A stretch of DNA of 64,000 bases from an uncultured Acidobacteriota bacterium. Lineage in GTDB: Bacteria > Acidobacteriota > Thermoanaerobaculia > Multivoradales > JAHEKO01. Below are positions 60,462 through 64,000 of this stretch, piece by piece; the first letter of the stretch is position 1, and each line of letters opens with the position of its first letter. The translations under genes and the position numbers were made by a program. The stretch covers positions 224,001-288,000 of the forward strand of contig CAVQNG010000003.1 in assembly GCA_963713825.1 (NCBI GenBank). Direction: 5' to 3'. The notes beneath the pieces were generated by a model. That model saw only the letters and a program-made list of their open reading frames with translations. It made no database searches and was not told the origin of the DNA.

Positions 60462-61127
60462 CTAGTTCTTGGTCACGTGTCGAACCACGATCTTGGCGAC
60501 GGGGTTGCGCCAGTCGTGATCCTCGGGACTCAAGGAGCCCCGGTCCTGGATTCCGGCATGGACATACACGAACCCTTCAGCGCCATCCTCCACCCGCACC
60601 CCTCCGTTGCCGCAGGGTGGGCCCGGAATGTGGTCGCAGTCCTGGGTGTTGGCTTCGCTTCCGGCATCCCAGGCCATGGCGTAGATTGAACTACTGAAGG
60701 CTGGTACGCGCTTCTCTCCAGCGAAGAAAGCGTCGTTCGTCGTCACCAGCATTCCGAGGGCGGTAATGTATCGGGCTCGCCCCCAGGCCTTGACCCGAAC
60801 CGATGTGGACTCACCGGGCAGCACCACACCCCCTCCGACCGCGACGCCGGCAACCTTGGGCTCGGCGCTCAGCAGGGCGACCAATGGGTCGTTGGCGGCA
60901 TCCTCGGCGAGGCCGGCGAGCTCAGGGATGGCTGGCTCACCTGGTGTAAACAGGTCGAAACTGCTCCGGTGCGAGTAGACGACCGGCGGGGCAAAGATCT
61001 GACCCTTCGTCAGGTTGGTGATGGTGACTTCGTAGGTCTGGGCGCTGGCCACTGCCGGCAGAGCTATCAAGCTCAGAAGTGCGGCAGCTCCGAGTATCCA
61101 GATTTGCGGTGTCTTGCTTCGACGCAT
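60462..61127 (-). CDS. Secreted Spondin_N-domain protein
   Basis: YEVTITNLT, LAEDA, MLVTTNDAF and AWDAGSEAN; RBS GAGGA. Confidence 0.88.
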   Translation of the reverse strand: MRRSKTPQIWILGAAALLSLIALPAVASAQTYEVTITNLTKGQIFAPPVVYSHRSSFDLFTPGEPAIPELAGLAEDAANDPLVALLSAEPKVAGVAVGGGVVLPGESTSVRVKAWGRARYITALGMLVTTNDAFFAGEKRVPAFSSSIYAMAWDAGSEANTQDCDHIPGPPCGNGGVRVEDGAEGFVYVHAGIQDRGSLSPEDHDWRNPVAKIVVRHVTKN

Positions 61128-61194
61128 CGTTCATCCTCCTCTTCCGTGGGTTGACCGTTCTCGCTTCGAACGAGAAGAGGATGACGGCAGGAGG

Positions 61195-61233
61195 TCACAG
61201 GGACCTCTCGGAAGTTTCACATTTTCATCACAG
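61195..61233 (-). promoter_or_regulatory. Phased 11-bp TCAC repeats; putative OmpR-family binding site
   Basis: TCAC/TCTC at 61195, 61206, 61217 and 61228; matching TCACGGAAGTATCAC at 63453. Confidence 0.6.
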
Positions 61234-62706
61234 CGCGCTATCGCGCGCTGGCAGCGTCACGGAGAACGTCGTGCCCTGGCCGAGCTGGCTCGCGACTTCG
61301 ATCGTGCCGCCGTGCAGCTCGACGATTCTCTTGGTTATAGCCAGGCCCAGGCCGGCGTGGTCACTCTCTACATCGCGCTGCTTGCGTCCGAAGAACCGGT
61401 CGAAGACATACGGCAGATCCTCTGGTGCAATCCCACAACCCGTGTCCCTGACCTCGACACTCACCCATAGGGGAGATTCGCGAAGACCCAAAGTCACCTG
61501 GCCTCCGCCCGATGTGAACCTCAATCCATTATCGAGCAGGTTGTCGAGCACGCGGGCCAGCAGGCTGATGTCCCCCTCGACCGTTGCGGGGCCGCCGGGC
61601 ACCTCGACCTGTAGATCGATGCCGCGTTCATCGGCCTGGAGACGGAACTGCTGGACCGCGTCCTGCGCGAGCTCAGCGAGCGCCAAGGTCTCTACTTCCA
61701 TCTCCTGGGTTCCAGACTCCAGGCGTGCCAGCTCGAACAGATCGGCCACCAGCCGGCTGAGACGATCGGTCTGCCGGATCGCACCCTCGAGATAGGTGCG
61801 TCGCTCCTCTGGGCTCAAAGAGGACTGCTTGAGAGCCATGGTCTCCAGAAAGCCTCTCAGCGAGGTGAGTGGAGTTCTCAGGTCGTGCGAGATGTTCGCC
61901 ACCAACTCGCGGCGCAGCTGATCGGTCTTCTCGAGCTCATCGAGCTGAGCCACCAGACGAGCCGCCATGGCATCGAACGTCCGCGAGAGTCGGTCGATCT
62001 CGTCCCTCTCCTTGCCGTCACCTTCGACGAGAGGCCGATGCTCGCGGAATCCACTGTCGCGGAACTCACCCATCGCCCGCTCCAAGTGCCGAGCCCGACG
62101 CGTGATCCAGGCGAAGACCAACAAACCGATCAGGAGGGCTACCAGGAGGCCCATGGCGATCGCGCCAGCCGAGAGGCGCAGAATGTAACTGCCTTGCAGC
62201 ATGGCCACTGCGGAATCCCATTGCTGACCCGCCAGCACCACATACAAGTAGCCATCCGTCTCCGTCGCGGAGCCAATGGGCGCCACGGAGAAGACCTTGC
62301 TGCCCGTTTCGTCTCGGGGATCGTCACCGAGAATCGGCAATCGGGAGTCGGCTTCCAGAAACCGATGAACAGGGCCAAGGTCCACATCGTCTCGAACCAC
62401 GATCCCCTTCGGTGCCGAGTACGCCAGGATTTCTCCCTGGGGATCCAACAGATACACCTCGATACTCGGGTTGATGACCATCAGGACGTGGAAGATGTGC
62501 TCGAGCTCTTCTTCGCGAATCTCGCCGTTCTCCATGGGCAGGGAGTCGGCCACCAGATGCTCGGCCAGGTCGCGGTTGAGCTTCTGGTGGACCTCGTCGA
62601 GGAAGTGACGCACCGAGGCCAAACCCGCCACGAAGAAGAGCCCGCCCACCAGGATGAGAATCACCAGCAGGGCCGCGGCCAACCGACCGTATAGAGTTCT
62701 CATCAT
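61228..62706 (-). CDS. Sensor histidine kinase (2 TM, HAMP, HisKA, HATPase)
   Basis: NISHDLRTPL, NLLDNG, DTGCGI and GLGLAI. Confidence 0.93.
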   Translation of the reverse strand: MMRTLYGRLAAALLVILILVGGLFFVAGLASVRHFLDEVHQKLNRDLAEHLVADSLPMENGEIREEELEHIFHVLMVINPSIEVYLLDPQGEILAYSAPKGIVVRDDVDLGPVHRFLEADSRLPILGDDPRDETGSKVFSVAPIGSATETDGYLYVVLAGQQWDSAVAMLQGSYILRLSAGAIAMGLLVALLIGLLVFAWITRRARHLERAMGEFRDSGFREHRPLVEGDGKERDEIDRLSRTFDAMAARLVAQLDELEKTDQLRRELVANISHDLRTPLTSLRGFLETMALKQSSLSPEERRTYLEGAIRQTDRLSRLVADLFELARLESGTQEMEVETLALAELAQDAVQQFRLQADERGIDLQVEVPGGPATVEGDISLLARVLDNLLDNGLRFTSGGGQVTLGLRESPLWVSVEVRDTGCGIAPEDLPYVFDRFFGRKQRDVESDHAGLGLAITKRIVELHGGTIEVASQLGQGTTFSVTLPARDSAL

Positions 62707-63424
62707 TCTCGGGGTCCCTCGTCCGGCTCCGAGAAGCGATAGCCGATGCCCCACACCGTGAGGATGTAGCGGGGCTGTGCCGGGTCCAGCTCGATTTTGG
62801 AGCGCAGTCGATTGATGTGCGAGTTGACCGTGTGCTCGTAGCCCTCGTGTCCGTAGCCCCAGACCTGATCCAGAAGCTGGGCTCGGGTAAAGACCCGCCC
62901 TGGGTAGCGCGCAAAGTGGAGCAGAAGGTCGAACTCCTTGGCCGTCAGCTGAACTGCCTCGCCCCGGACCTCGACACTCCGCTTGTCGGGCTCGATTGCA
63001 ATGTCGCGCTAGTCGGAGTCGGCGCTTTTTCGGCCAGGGCTTCCTGTGAACCCATCGCCTCCATTCTGCGAAACAGCGCTTTCACCCTCGCCACGAGCTC
63101 CAAGACACTGAAGGGCTTGGTCAGATAGTCGTCGGCACCGAGCTCGAGTCCCAGAACTCGGTCGAATTCGGACGTCCGGGCGGTCAACATGAGAATCGGT
63201 GTGTAGTCGGAGTGGGAGCGAACCCGTCGGCAGATCTCCAAGCCGTCGATCCCGGGGAGCATCAGATCGAGGATGATGAGGTCGTGCTCACCGTCCTGGG
63301 CTCGCTCGAGACCGGCCTTGCCGTCCGCAACGGTCTCGACTTCGCAGTCGATGTCCTTCAGATGGAGTGCGACCAGGTGAGCGATGTCCTGGTCGTCCTC
63401 GACGATGAGCACACTCTTCCGCAT
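62703..63424 (-). CDS. OmpR-family response regulator (frameshift near 63010)
   Basis: LIVEDD, LDLMLPG and GADDYLTKPF; second frame LTAKEFDLL..HTVNSHINRLR..TVWGIGYRF. Confidence 0.9.
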
Positions 63425-63688
63425 GGCCGCCGACAATCATAACCAGCAACCTTCACGGAAGTATCACGCCAGACTACTGGACGCTGCACTCCTCGCTCAT
63501 GAGCCGGGACTCCTCGGAGTCGGTCGAGCCACGAAGTACGGTCGGGTTGAGAGTCCGTGAAACTTCATCGCGCTCTCAGAGATCTTGACCTCGGGCGGTC
63601 GATACCTCGGCAGAATTCGGGCCCGAAGCTGGCGCCCTGTAGAATGGCCTCAGGATCTCGGCCAGATCGATTGAAAAGGGACCGACTC

Positions 63689-64000
63689 TTGATCGGCGAA
63701 ACCCTCGCTCACTACAAAGTCACTGAGAAGCTCGGGGCGGGCGGAATGGGAGAGGTGTACCGGGCGCGCGATCTCACGCTCGACCGCGATGTGGCCCTCA
63801 AAGTGCTCCCACAGGGTCTGTCCTCTGATCCCGAGCGCCTCGATCGTTTCGAGCGCGAGGCGAAAGCCGTCGCAGCCCTCAACCATCCGAATATCGTCAC
63901 CCTGTTTTCCGTCGAGAAGGCCGACGGTGTCCCATTTCTCACCATGGAGCTGGTGGAGGGTAAGCCACTGGACGAGGCGATTCCGGATGCTGGCCTGCCT
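63689..64000 (+). CDS. Hanks-type Ser/Thr protein kinase (5' part, runs off the window)
   Basis: [30 protein letters not shown]...VALKVL...[16 protein letters not shown]...TMELVEG. Confidence 0.92.
   Translation, partial: [104 protein letters not shown]

Overview
GC-rich bacterial chromosomal window with about 50 densely packed genes. The gene content points to Acidobacteriota, probably Thermoanaerobaculia-like: two duplicated MacB-type ADOP permeases, a VWFA-related protein, an ECF/anti-sigma/TPR-CHAT module, a C-terminal FxDGFE(S/G)GD..W tail and a 'MIGxTLxHY' Ser/Thr kinase (inference). More than ten genes are broken by single-base indels, often in homopolymers, which looks like long-read error rather than true pseudogenisation. 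No rRNA, tRNA, CRISPR array, transposase or integrase was seen. Routine content includes mmuM, an SLC13 permease, modABC, a TetR-RND efflux operon, a YtrA-ABC operon, a PadR operon, MscS and a two-component system. The most interesting items are: (1) an ArsM-like methyltransferase with an in-frame UGA plus a SECIS-like hairpin (selenoprotein) whose other canonical Cys positions are lost, lying in an operon with a GT-C glycosyltransferase; (2) a c-di-GMP-I riboswitch upstream of a 7-repeat surface protein that has an amber codon at a conserved Tyr; (3) an ECF sigma/anti-sigma/TPR-CHAT protease module with its own promoter motif CTGTCACG-N17-ACTCA found twice; (4) a diverged, covarying ~150-bp structured element with G4-like octamer tails that brackets two genes in inverted orientation, next to a ~185-nt rod-like hairpin; (5) a two-sulfotransferase plus membrane-anchored atypical P450 operon; (6) a divergent GNAT plus small acidic partner resembling a toxin-antitoxin pair.
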